64,000 nucleotides of DNA. Source: Desulfosoma sp. Lineage in GTDB: Bacteria > Desulfobacterota > Syntrophobacteria > Syntrophobacterales > DSM-9756. Below the pieces are notes generated by a model that searched no databases, had not been told where the DNA came from, and saw only the letters and a list, made by a program, of their open reading frames with translations. Each line of letters starts with the position of its first letter. Position 1 is the first letter of the stretch. The translations under genes and the position numbers were made by a program. Location of the stretch: positions 64,001-128,000 of the forward strand of contig JBBFKW010000006.1 of the NCBI GenBank assembly GCA_037481835.1. The letters run 5' to 3'. Of this stretch, positions 28,371 through 37,618 are shown piece after piece.

Positions 28371-28520
28371 ATGATCCCCCCGAGCCGCCTCTTCGCTGCC
28401 GGGCGCCGAACCGTTTCCCGGGATCTTCCCGACTTGGGCCGGTACATCCTCATCGGCCGCCTGAACACCGTCGTCGCCTTTTTGGGCAGCCGTCACATCG
28501 CCTTCTTCAGCAGAGGGGAA
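28371..28520 (+). pseudogene. Internally deleted GtrA-family remnant, copy 1
   Basis: AGRRTVSRDLPDLGRYILIGRLNTVV|AFLGSRHIAF aligns to both termini of the GtrA at 30230. Confidence 0.7.
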
Positions 28521-28596
28521 ACTTCCGGTGAAAGCCCCTCTTCTCCTGGAAGAGCGAAGAGCGGCGGCACGGTGAGGACGCAAGGAGGGGGGATGG

Positions 28597-29320
28597 CCCC
28601 CCTCACCCTACCCTCTCCCCCCAAAGGGGGGAGAGGGTAATAAACACAGTTAGACGCAGAGCCGCTCTTAGCCCCGACCGTTGCCTCTCGCTTCCCTTTG
28701 GGGGGAGAGGGTAACAAGCACCTCTCTCCCCCCTTTGGGGGACGAGGGCAATAAACACCTCTCGCTTCCCTTTGGGGGAGAGGGGAATAAGCACATTTAA
28801 ATGTAGAGCGGATCTTAGCCCCTACCTTTCCCTCTCGCCCCAATGTGAGGAGAGGGGGATACACACAGTTAGAGGCAGAGCCGCTTTTAGCCCCGACCGT
28901 TGCCTCTCTCCCCAAGGGAGAAGAGAGGGGCAAAGTTCATTATACGTAGAGCCATTATGAGCCCCTCCCCTTCCGTCTCCCCAAAGGGGGAAAGGGAAAA
29001 AGGGTGAGGTGGTGGAGCACACTCGCGGGCGGAGAAGTCATCCTCCCTCTCCCCCTTCGGGGAATCTTGGGCTCCCTCCCCCCTTCGGGGAATTCCAGCG
29101 CCCCTCCACCCTTTGGCCGATTCCAGGCCCCCTCTCCCCTCCTTGGGAAATCTTAGACCACCTGTCCCCCCTCTGGGGATTTTTAGGCTCCCTCTCCCCC
29201 TCTTGGGAATTTTAGGCTCCCTCTGCCCCTCTGGGAAATCTTGGGCTCCCTCTCCCCCCCTTGGGGAATCTAAGACTCCCTCTCCCCCCTCTGGGGGGAG
29301 AGGGCCGGGGTGAGGGGGGG
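28597..29320. repeat. Inverted BoxC-like pair enclosing ~70-bp and ~30-bp arrays; duplicated at 50877-51535
   Basis: Forward head at 28597, reverse head at 29278; unique core CACACTCGCGGGCGGAGAAGTCATCCTCCCT shared with about 51290. Confidence 0.9.
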
Positions 29321-29349
29321 CCTCGGTCCTCCGCCTGCTTCCCGGGGGG

Positions 29350-30060
29350 TTACGGCTTGTCGGCAAAACAGTACACCGTCAAGCCTGCCAAATCGTTTCC
29401 TTCGATCACCTTCAATTCCAACAAACACAATGCCTTGAAGAGCCCATTGAGGATCGGCGGCACCTCCCCAAGCTGAGACCGGGCCGTGTCTCGGCCCGCA
29501 ATTTTCCGACCCCACCGAGCCGCGGCAGCCATGGGCAGCACGGCGGCGAAATAATAGCCGGCTTTCTTTTCCTCCAACCCGGCATCCTTGACGACACGCC
29601 TCAATCCCGAAAGCGTATAGCGCCTCCGATGCCCCAAAAAGACATCATGGCCGCTCCAAAGGCGCGGAAAAGCCGGAACGGTGATAAAAAACCGTGTTCC
29701 CCTCTTGGCCCCGCCTGCAAGGCTCCTCAAAAAGGCAAGATCGTCATCCACGTGTTCGAGCACATCCATGAGAAGCACCAAGTCCCCTTCCAGCCTGTCC
29801 ATCCCGCGCCGGTAGTGGAGGACTTTGGGCCCGATGACCTCGTCGCACTCCGACGGATAGGCGGGATCAAGGCACCAGGCCTCCCGAGCCCCCGAGTGCT
29901 CGAGAAGATAGCGGGAGAAAAAGGCCGATCCGGCCCCCATGTCCACGATCGTTTCAGGGATTTTTCCTTGAAGAAGGACCATCATGGCCCGCGCTTTGGA
30001 CCCGTAATCCCAATGGTCTTCCAATCGCCCCTCCAGCAGGCCCGTTTCTTTGACGTCCAA
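29350..30060 (-). CDS. Class I SAM-dependent methyltransferase
   Basis: IVDMGAGS, LMDVLEHV, ITVPAF, WSGHD...GHRRRYT. Confidence 0.88.
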   Translation of the reverse strand: MDVKETGLLEGRLEDHWDYGSKARAMMVLLQGKIPETIVDMGAGSAFFSRYLLEHSGAREAWCLDPAYPSECDEVIGPKVLHYRRGMDRLEGDLVLLMDVLEHVDDDLAFLRSLAGGAKRGTRFFITVPAFPRLWSGHDVFLGHRRRYTLSGLRRVVKDAGLEEKKAGYYFAAVLPMAAAARWGRKIAGRDTARSQLGEVPPILNGLFKALCLLELKVIEGNDLAGLTVYCFADKP

Positions 30061-30229
30061 GGCTTCCCCCTCTCCTTACCGCTCAGGCCCGTGCCAGGCT
30101 CTTTCCAGGCCCCGACAGCGCAAAAGGGCTTTTGCCATGAAAACCCCGTTGCCCCGGCGTAAAAGGCACGCTACTTTGTTCCCGCAATGGATGAGCGCCG
30201 CCACATTTCTTTTAGCGAAAAGACGCCTC

Positions 30230-30670
30230 ATGGACTTCTTGATCCGGATCGTCACCGCCGGCCGCCGATGGGCAGCACGGGACATCCCTTCCTTCAATCG
30301 ATACGTGCTCGTCGGCTTGGTCAATTCGGTCGTCGGCTACGGGGTCATCTTCGGGCTCCTCAGCCTTGGAGCAAACCCCTACCTGAGCAACGCCTCCGGT
30401 TACGCCGTGGGCATCACCGTTTCCTACATCCTGAACAAGCGCTTCAGTTTCCGATCCCGAAAACCCGACCGCACGGCCTTTCCCCTGTTCGTCGCCTCCC
30501 TCGCCGTCGCCTATCTCGCCAACCTGGCCGTGCTTTTCGCCCTGCTCCGGTGGGGCGCCGTAAACCCCTACCTGGCCCAACTTCTCGCCGGCGGGGTGTA
30601 CACCCTCGTCGGCTTCCTGGGAAGCCGATACATCGCCTTCGGGTCCAAGCACGTACAAAATGCGCCTTGA
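30230..30670 (+). CDS. GtrA-family membrane protein (putative lipid-linked sugar flippase)
   Basis: Four hydrophobic segments; RYVLVGLVNSVV, SYILNKRFSFR, FLGSRYIAF. Confidence 0.88.
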   Translation: MDFLIRIVTAGRRWAARDIPSFNRYVLVGLVNSVVGYGVIFGLLSLGANPYLSNASGYAVGITVSYILNKRFSFRSRKPDRTAFPLFVASLAVAYLANLAVLFALLRWGAVNPYLAQLLAGGVYTLVGFLGSRYIAFGSKHVQNAP

Positions 30671-30792
30671 ATCTCCTTTCCCCGGGCGTGATTCACACCG
30701 CACCCGAAGGAAGACCTTCCCCGTAAACGATAAGTGAAGAAGGTCCTACGCACCAACATCAGCCATACACTTTCGACCAGGATACTCTGAAT

Positions 30793-32496
30793 TCAATCCC
30801 CCGTAAGCGTCTTCAGTCGGGATAACGCCTGGGAGATCCCCTCAGGCGCGCTGTGAGGTGATTCCCTCACAGGACTGGGCCTCAAAACCAGCCAGGGATC
30901 GTCCCAGTAAATGACGATGTGACGCCCGTCGTTAAGGATGCCCTCCAAAGCTTGGAAATACTCAGTGCGGTCAACGTTCAGAAAAGCATCGAAAGAAACG
31001 AGCATACCTTGGCGACGTGTCCGCCACTCATCCGGGTAATGGAGGTTGTGCGTGGTGGGCTGTAGATACAGGATGATATATTCAGCCTCATCAACACCTT
31101 TAGGGAAAGGGAAAACCCTTTTTACGTGAGTAAAATGTGCAGCCACGTTGCCCTGGACGGAGATGGTCGCTTCCTGCCCAATGATCTCGCGGATTGAATC
31201 CACACGAGGATCAGGCTTCAGGGTCAGACTCCAGGGCCGCCAGAGATTGAGCGACCCCGGCAAAGGAAGAGGCGCCATGATATACCCGACACCGATGTTC
31301 ACGGCCAGAATGGCCGCGGCAAAAACCCCTGGCCGCACGTTGCGAAGCATTTCGGCGTATCGCCGGCAGCCGTACACGGCGGCACAGGCCAACACCGGCA
31401 CAAGGGTGGCCGTATGGTAAGCGGCGATTCCCCTCGGCATGGGAACCGCCGAGAGCAAGTTGGCGGCCAAATCCGCACAACCCGGCAGAAGGAAAGACGG
31501 AGCGGCCAGGGGCGCTCCAAAGAACAAGAGCAAGAGTCCCATGAGATATTTCGCGCCGCCGAAATGAATGAAAACGGTCTTTAGAACAAAGGGTAATCTT
31601 TTCAGCGTCCCAAAGATTATTTCGCCGACGGAATGTCCTAGCCAACTATACCGGCTGAAGTGGCCCATTCCTTCCGAAAGCATCAAATGCCTGCCGGTGG
31701 GGGAAAATGCAGGAATGATCCGCCCGAAAACCAAAAAAATGTGGAAGGCACCGAGGGTCACCAAGACGCTCCCCCGACCCCACTCCCTCCAGCGGATACC
31801 CCACAGGATGCCGAAGCCCGCAACGCAGAGGCCGAAATGCTCCTTACATAAAAGGATCACAACGGAGCATAGCACTAACAAACCAAAGCGTTTCCTTTCC
31901 ACAGCGAGAAAACCTGCGGCGATAAAAGGAACGGCCAATGTCTCGGCATGGAACGCCCATGGGACGGCGCTCAGGACGTAAGGGTTCACGAGAACCGCAA
32001 GCCCCAGCATGGCGGCCGCGGCGCGAGAACCCAGACGAAGGAAGGCCAGGCGATAGACGGGGAGGAAGGTTACGGCCAGAGCAAAACCCTGCGCAAGAAT
32101 GAGCCATTCGGCTCTCGGGGATAAAGCGTAGATGGGGACAAAAGCGGCAAGTATGGGCATGGAATGAATGGCAAAGAAGTTGATCCCCAACGTTGTCTGG
32201 AAGAACCTTCCATGAAGAGTGCTCCACACCACGTGATCGAATAAGGCGATATCCTCGTAGTGCGTGAGGAAACTCCAATAGTACGCCAGGCCCGCAATGG
32301 AATAACCCGCAAAGAACAGAAGCACCACGCCCACAGGCACAAGGGCTTGTCTCTTCCCTCCGGAAAAAACCCAACCATGGTCGGCCGGGCACGCCGCTTC
32401 AAGATCAGGTGCCGCTTGAGTCGCTCCACGCATCGCCCACCTCTGAAAACCCTCACATTTCCTGCCACGGCTCATGGGAACAAGCCCAAAACGCAT
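30793..32496 (-). CDS. DUF2079-type multi-TM membrane protein (putative GT-C); start uncertain
   Basis: DIALFDHVVW, FAIHSMPIL, FHAETLAVP, LLCKE; looks more AT-rich than its neighbours. Confidence 0.72.
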   Translation of the reverse strand: MRFGLVPMSRGRKCEGFQRWAMRGATQAAPDLEAACPADHGWVFSGGKRQALVPVGVVLLFFAGYSIAGLAYYWSFLTHYEDIALFDHVVWSTLHGRFFQTTLGINFFAIHSMPILAAFVPIYALSPRAEWLILAQGFALAVTFLPVYRLAFLRLGSRAAAAMLGLAVLVNPYVLSAVPWAFHAETLAVPFIAAGFLAVERKRFGLLVLCSVVILLCKEHFGLCVAGFGILWGIRWREWGRGSVLVTLGAFHIFLVFGRIIPAFSPTGRHLMLSEGMGHFSRYSWLGHSVGEIIFGTLKRLPFVLKTVFIHFGGAKYLMGLLLLFFGAPLAAPSFLLPGCADLAANLLSAVPMPRGIAAYHTATLVPVLACAAVYGCRRYAEMLRNVRPGVFAAAILAVNIGVGYIMAPLPLPGSLNLWRPWSLTLKPDPRVDSIREIIGQEATISVQGNVAAHFTHVKRVFPFPKGVDEAEYIILYLQPTTHNLHYPDEWRTRRQGMLVSFDAFLNVDRTEYFQALEGILNDGRHIVIYWDDPWLVLRPSPVRESPHSAPEGISQALSRLKTLTGD

Positions 32497-32548
32497 CCAC
32501 GTTCGTTGGGCATAGCGTCGCCGTTTTGCTTTTCATTGGAACGTCGCT

Positions 32549-34111
32549 TCAAGGCGCATGGATCGGTTTGATTTCATGGCGGAGAATCAGACTTCGGAAC
32601 TTGGGAACGTCTTTCACAAGCACGGAATTGCTCTCGTCGTCGTAGACGAGGCGGAAGTCGCCCCGGGCGATGAGGAGCTGCCGGATGGGGGCGTTGCGCT
32701 CGCAGACGACGTAATCGATGCCGTAGGGGTCGAAGGCGTCCTCCCAGCCGGGCTTTCCACGGTACATGACGTCATATTCCTTCAAGAACTCGTCGCCGTA
32801 CATGTCCGCCCGACCGTCCACGAAAACCTTCTGATCCGGGTAAAATTTAAAGATCAGGTAGCCCCCGAAATGGTAGGTGTTGAAGACGCGGCCCCGGACG
32901 CCTTCCCGCTCCACGAACTCCACGGCGTCCACGGGAAGCAGGCTGTTCAGGCGGAGGGGTTCTCCCGCGGCCCACGTGGGGTAGAGACCGTAAGCCGCCA
33001 CCCCGGCGACGCCGAGGAGAATCCAGTTGAAAACGTATTCCAGGTCGCCCAGCTCCCGGCTTCCCCGACCTTTGCCCTGCTTGTAACGCTGCCAGGCGGC
33101 CTGGAGGGGGCGCAAAGGCCACGCGTCGTCAAAGCCCCGGCTGAGGCTCAGAGCGCAGTGGGAAATGAGCACCAAAGCGACCAAGGGCATGTGCCGGACG
33201 GCCTGGAAGCTCAAAAGGACCACCACCGCCGGGACGGCCAATTCCGTCACATCGGGCTTTTGCCTGTTGAAGACGAGGAAGACGACCCAAAGGGCGATGA
33301 GCCCCAGATAGCCTTTGTCCAGCAAGCCGTGAAAGTTCGGGCTCTGCCACTCGCTGATGAAATGCGTGGACGCCCACATGGCCGACACCTGAAAAGGATA
33401 GAGCCAATGCTCGATAAAATAGGGATTGATTGTGCTCGCCGCCGCCGCGGCCGCCGCGACCATCGCCAGGCGATACAGCCGCCCGCGATCCCCATGCGGG
33501 ACGGGGCCGTGGAGCCGCAAGCGCACGGCTTCGCACACCGCGAAGAGCCAGAGCAGCACAATTCCCATCATGTATCCGGCGTGGGCGTTCACCCAGGCCA
33601 CCATGAGAAGGGGGACGAGCCCCAGAAGGCGCGGTTTCCCCGCGTACTTTTCTTGAAAGAGGGCGTAAATCAAAAAAGAAAGGAAAACATAGGTCACAAG
33701 CTGGGGTCGCGGGGACACACCGACCGCCAAGTACACCATGAAGGGCAGCGAAACGAGAAGAACGGCGTTCTTGGAAGGCAGAAAGAGGCGGGCGGTTCTG
33801 CCGGCGAAAACGACGGCGGCTGCGGCAAGCCCGGCCATGAGGGCCCTGACCGCCCACGGCCCGCCCGCCCTGTGGACGAGATAAAGGATCACCTGGAAAA
33901 GCCATTCGTGGAGCACCCACGGGCTTCCCGGCCGGGTGAAGGAAAAGGGGTCCGTCTTGGGCAGCCGACCCTCGGCAAGGATGATCTCCCCGGTTTTCAG
34001 GTGCCAGTAGTAGTCGGGGTCCCGAAGGGTGCTGAAGACCGCAACCTTACCAAAAAAGACAAGAAGGCCCAGTCGGTACGTGTCCAGAATCTTCAAGAAC
34101 CGCATGTGCAT
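32549..34111 (-). CDS. Multi-TM membrane protein, putative GT-C glycosyltransferase
   Basis: DPDYYWHLKTG, DPFSFT, HEWL, RPQL, WVNAH, VFVDGRADMY. Confidence 0.65.
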   Translation of the reverse strand: MHMRFLKILDTYRLGLLVFFGKVAVFSTLRDPDYYWHLKTGEIILAEGRLPKTDPFSFTRPGSPWVLHEWLFQVILYLVHRAGGPWAVRALMAGLAAAAVVFAGRTARLFLPSKNAVLLVSLPFMVYLAVGVSPRPQLVTYVFLSFLIYALFQEKYAGKPRLLGLVPLLMVAWVNAHAGYMMGIVLLWLFAVCEAVRLRLHGPVPHGDRGRLYRLAMVAAAAAAASTINPYFIEHWLYPFQVSAMWASTHFISEWQSPNFHGLLDKGYLGLIALWVVFLVFNRQKPDVTELAVPAVVVLLSFQAVRHMPLVALVLISHCALSLSRGFDDAWPLRPLQAAWQRYKQGKGRGSRELGDLEYVFNWILLGVAGVAAYGLYPTWAAGEPLRLNSLLPVDAVEFVEREGVRGRVFNTYHFGGYLIFKFYPDQKVFVDGRADMYGDEFLKEYDVMYRGKPGWEDAFDPYGIDYVVCERNAPIRQLLIARGDFRLVYDDESNSVLVKDVPKFRSLILRHEIKPIHAP

Positions 34112-34217
34112 TTCTCCATGGGTGCGCCGTCGCTTTCTCCAATGCCCGAATCTTTTTTCCAAAAGCCCTGTGGTTCCCCGCAACAGGGCTCGGCCCGGCG
34201 GGGCCGCAAGCGCTTTC

Positions 34218-35285
34218 TCAGGGTGCCCCCTGCCTCTCATGGGCCGTAGGGGACGAAGGGGTGCGCTCCAAAAGGTCTGAAGAATGGGAATCCCGACCCG
34301 CGGCCGGGCGGTATTCCTTCACGAAATAAAGGGGGCGTCCCTTTGTTTCGTTGAAGACACGGCCCAGGTATTCGCCGATGATTCCCATGGTCACGAGTTG
34401 GACGCCTCCGAGAAAGAGAATCGTCACCATGAGCGAGGGATAGCCCGCGACGGGGTTTCCGTGGACGATCTTGTCGTAGGCGATGTACGCGGCATAGAGG
34501 AAGGCGAAAGCGGCCACGGCGAGGCCGAGGATCGTGGCCAAACGCAGGGGGGCCGTGGTGTGGGACGTGATGCCTTCCACGGCGAGGTTCCAAAGGCGCC
34601 GGTAGTTCCATTTCGTTTTTCCCGCCCATCGGGCATCCCGGCGATACCGCACTTCCTTGGCATCGAAGCCGACCCAGTGGAAAAGTCCCTTCATAAAGCG
34701 GTGGTGCTCCCGAAGGGTCTTGAGGGCGTCCACGGCCCTGCGGCTGAGCAACCGGAAATCTCCCGTGTCGGCAGGAACTTCCGTTCGCGAGGCAAGGCGC
34801 AGAACACGGTAAAAAATGTAGGCCGTCAAGCGTTTGAAAACGCCTTCGCCGTCCCGGGCGATGCGCCGGGCGTAGACCATGTCGTAGCCTTCCCGCCATC
34901 CGGCGATCAGTTCGGGGATGAGTTCGGGCGGGTCCTGAAGATCCGCGTCGATGACCACCACGGCGTCTCCCCGGGCATGGTCCAAGCCAGCCGTGAGGGC
35001 GATTTCCTTGCCGTAGTTTCGGCTGAGATCCACGATCCCCACGTGAGGGTCGGACGCCCGCAAGGCGCGCATCTTCTCCAGGGTCGGGTCCGTGCTCCCG
35101 TCGTTGACGTAAAGGATTTCGTAGGTCAAATGGATCCCCTGGAGCACTCGGGACAATCTTTCGTGAAAGGCGTCGAGGACCGCCGATTCGTTGAAGGCGG
35201 GAACGACGACCGAAAGCGTTGGGCGGGAAGAGATGCCGGAAGGATATTCTTCTCGGCCGGGGGCTGTCGGGCTGTCCATGGGCAT
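34218..35285 (-). CDS. GT2 polyprenol-phosphate glycosyltransferase (GtrB-like)
   Basis: VVVPAFNE, VNDGSTD, SRNYGKEIALTAG, IDADLQDPP, TGDFRLLSR; two C-terminal TM segments. Confidence 0.92.
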   Translation of the reverse strand: MPMDSPTAPGREEYPSGISSRPTLSVVVPAFNESAVLDAFHERLSRVLQGIHLTYEILYVNDGSTDPTLEKMRALRASDPHVGIVDLSRNYGKEIALTAGLDHARGDAVVVIDADLQDPPELIPELIAGWREGYDMVYARRIARDGEGVFKRLTAYIFYRVLRLASRTEVPADTGDFRLLSRRAVDALKTLREHHRFMKGLFHWVGFDAKEVRYRRDARWAGKTKWNYRRLWNLAVEGITSHTTAPLRLATILGLAVAAFAFLYAAYIAYDKIVHGNPVAGYPSLMVTILFLGGVQLVTMGIIGEYLGRVFNETKGRPLYFVKEYRPAAGRDSHSSDLLERTPSSPTAHERQGAP

Positions 35286-35396
35286 CTTCCAAATGTCCTC
35301 CTTGGGGAGAACCGATCTTTCTGCACGGCCGAGGGGCCTCGGCACCCAGCTCTTGGCCTAAACGGGCCGATTCTTCCCAATCGCCAGGTCCCGGCA

Positions 35397-35468
35397 GGCG
35401 GGCGTAAAGCCCGCCCCTACGAAGACAGACGGACCTGTTGAGCGGGGGTGGGGTTTATCCCCGCCCGC
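35397..35468. repeat. GTAG-type REP plus a degenerate inverted partner
   Basis: Reverse complement of 35397-35420 is GTAGGGGCGGGCTTTACGCCCGCC; GGGGTGGGGTTTATCCCCGCCC follows at about 35445. Confidence 0.6.
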
Positions 35469-35518
35469 TCATCGCAAGGAGATGAAAAGAATACAGCAAA
35501 AGAATCGCTCCATTGAGG

Positions 35519-35535
35519 AGCAAGTTCCGTACCCA
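35519..35535 (-). promoter_or_regulatory. Candidate sigma54 promoter facing the glycosylation genes
   Basis: Minus strand reads TGGGTACGGAACTTGCT (GG-N10-GC). Confidence 0.55.
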
Positions 35536-36050
35536 TGAAGGCCGCCCACTTTCTGGAGGTCTGTCGTTTTTTCAGGCCCCCCCGGAAGGGCGTTCCCGTA
35601 GGATGGCTCTTTGCGGCCCGGGCGTCAAGTTCGAGGGCCCGGAGGTTGAGCGGGTTCGGCCGTCTTCCGAAACCCCGGTGGGGCTGGGAAAGGCGGCCTG
35701 CGGGGGGAAAATCCCCCGGCCCCGCTCCGGGCTTTCCGCGGGGAAACCTGCACGGGGCAAAATAGCATGGAAGAACCGGTGGTGCCACGCTGCAAAAAAA
35801 CTGTTGACTTCCTCTTGTGGTGCCGATGTAGATTATGGGCAACTTTGCGCCTTTCGAAACGCGCACGGGGGGGTCGAGGCGCCGGCCGGAAGAACCGGCT
35901 CGGGCGCGAGTCCCCATGATTCCAACGGCAAAGGATTTCCCCTTTCCCCATGACGGTTTTCGACCCCCTGAGAACGCAGCCGGCACATCCCCCGAAAGAC
36001 CTTTCCTTCCTTAACGGGCGAAGAGCGGCCTCACCGCAAGGGCGCCCAAG

Positions 36051-36113
36051 TGTGCAACGAACCTCACACACCGATGCAAAACCCTGCACACATTTGCGCA
36101 ATGCATTGCACAC
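36051..36113. promoter_or_regulatory. Three tandem dyads, candidate enhancer-binding-protein sites
   Basis: TGTGCAACGAACCTCACACA, TGCAAAACCCTGCACA and TGCGCAATGCATTGCACA, about 180-240 bp upstream of the sigma54 site. Confidence 0.55.
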
Positions 36114-36292
36114 CCCATGGAGGAATGGTGCGCCTTGGGCCGAGCCGGCCCGGGGCGCGGGAGGTGCACGGCCCCCAGAAGGGGGCTTTCGAGTTTGGGA
36201 GGGGTGGGCATGGAGATTTTTTCGGAAGAAGGACAAAAGATTCCAATGGCTTAGGGACATGGCGGGGCTCGGAGGCCGATTGTCCCGGCGCC

Positions 36293-36309
36293 TTGGCACG
36301 GAGCTTGCT
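36293..36309 (+). promoter_or_regulatory. Sigma54 promoter of the flp/tad locus
   Basis: TTGGCACGGAGCTTGCT matches the TGGCAC-N5-TTGC consensus. Confidence 0.85.
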
Positions 36310-36378
36310 TTTGTTTCGTGCCAACGCGGTTTTGGTGCAGCAGTGCAACACCCAACAACAAATCGAAAGGAGTACGGC

Positions 36379-36555
36379 ATGGAAAGAATTAAAAGGTTTC
36401 TGAAGGACGAGGAAGGGGCCACGGCGGTGGAATATGGAATTATGGTTGCCGGCATTGCGGTGGCAATCATCGCCATCGTCTTTGCGCTCGGTGATAAGCT
36501 AAACGTACTCTTCACAAATGTGGACGCTAAAGTAGGTGACAGAGTGCCAAAATAG
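36379..36555 (+). CDS. flp: Flp family type IVb pilin 1
   Basis: FLKDEEG/ATAVEYG plus a hydrophobic helix; AAGGAG RBS. Confidence 0.93.
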   Translation: MERIKRFLKDEEGATAVEYGIMVAGIAVAIIAIVFALGDKLNVLFTNVDAKVGDRVPK

Positions 36556-36629
36556 TGGGCTTTCGGAAAACGTGTACGAGCAAATGAACAGAAATTAAGG
36601 CACCGGTCAGAAACCTATTGAATGGACCA

Positions 36630-36653
36630 TATGGGGCGGGACGCCGCCCCATA
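36630..36653 (+). other. Stable hairpin between the two pilin genes
   Basis: TATGGGGCGG-GACG-CCGCCCCATA; no U-tract. Confidence 0.6.
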
Positions 36654-36734
36654 CTCCAGTATGGGCTAAAGTTGAACCCTTAAGCGGCTCAATCGGCGAT
36701 CCGGTGCTGCGTCCTCAATGAATGAAAAGGCATC

Positions 36735-36932
36735 ATGTGTGACGTTATGCCAGCGATTTGTAAAAGACTCTCAAAGTTCCGGCACACCGAACAGGGAGCC
36801 ACCGCGCCTGAATATGCCATCATTGCCAGTAGCATTGCGGCGGCCGTTGCCCTCGCGGTGAAGGGACTGGGGACTAAAGTCAACGCTCTCTTTTCGAATT
36901 TTTACGACTTGCTCATTTCACTCATAAAATGA
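36735..36932 (+). CDS. Flp family type IVb pilin 2
   Basis: EQG/ATAPEYA plus a hydrophobic helix. Confidence 0.8.
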   Translation: MCDVMPAICKRLSKFRHTEQGATAPEYAIIASSIAAAVALAVKGLGTKVNALFSNFYDLLISLIK

Positions 36933-36971
36933 TTCTTGGGCCCGGGGTCTTGCGTGGCGGACCGACCTGAC

Positions 36972-37502
36972 ATGAATCACGACATAGCCTTGAAGACGAT
37001 TGCCGGACTCATCGCTTTAGCCGCCGCGGTGAGTGATCTCCGTACCCACCGGATCCCCAACCCGCTCATCTGCACGGGAACACTCCTGGGGCTTCTTTTT
37101 CATGCCCATGCCGACGCTCTCACCGGGCTCCTTTTTTCCCTCAAGGGGCTGGGCGTGGGGCTCGGCATTTGGCTCATCCCTTACGCCTTGGGGGCCATGG
37201 GGGCGGGGGACGTGAAGCTCATGGCGGCGGTGGGAGCCCTTTTGGGAGCCCGGGACGTGGTCCACGCCTCCCTGTACGGCGCCCTGTTCGGCGGTATGTA
37301 CGCCCTGGGCGTTTTTTTATGGCGAAAACCCTACCGGGAACGGTTCGGGCTCATGATCGCGACGTTTTTCCGAACCGGCCGGTTTCTCTATATCCCCGCC
37401 GCCGCAACGGACGAGAAGGTGCGGCTGTGCTACGCCGTCGCCCTTGCGGCCGGAACGTTCACCCACCTGGGCCTGGATGCCCTGGGATTTCGTCTCTTCT
37501 AA
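36972..37502 (+). CDS. cpaA: Prepilin peptidase, A24 family (CpaA/TadV)
   Basis: SDLRTHRIPN; MGAGDVKLMAAVG. Confidence 0.92.
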   Translation: MNHDIALKTIAGLIALAAAVSDLRTHRIPNPLICTGTLLGLLFHAHADALTGLLFSLKGLGVGLGIWLIPYALGAMGAGDVKLMAAVGALLGARDVVHASLYGALFGGMYALGVFLWRKPYRERFGLMIATFFRTGRFLYIPAAATDEKVRLCYAVALAAGTFTHLGLDALGFRLF

Positions 37503-37618
37503 AAAATTTTTGCTTGATTTTTCTCAGCATTATTTTGAAAAATTCCGATCAATTCCTGTGAGCCGGGTTTCACGGGTTTTCCGTTTTCTGCACCCCAAAC
37601 CGTGAAGGGGGAGTCCTC

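Noticed and set aside
35560..36050. Possible cyclic-dinucleotide riboswitch upstream of flp
   Set aside because: Hairpins are present but I could not find the GEMM core by eye; an Rfam scan would settle it.
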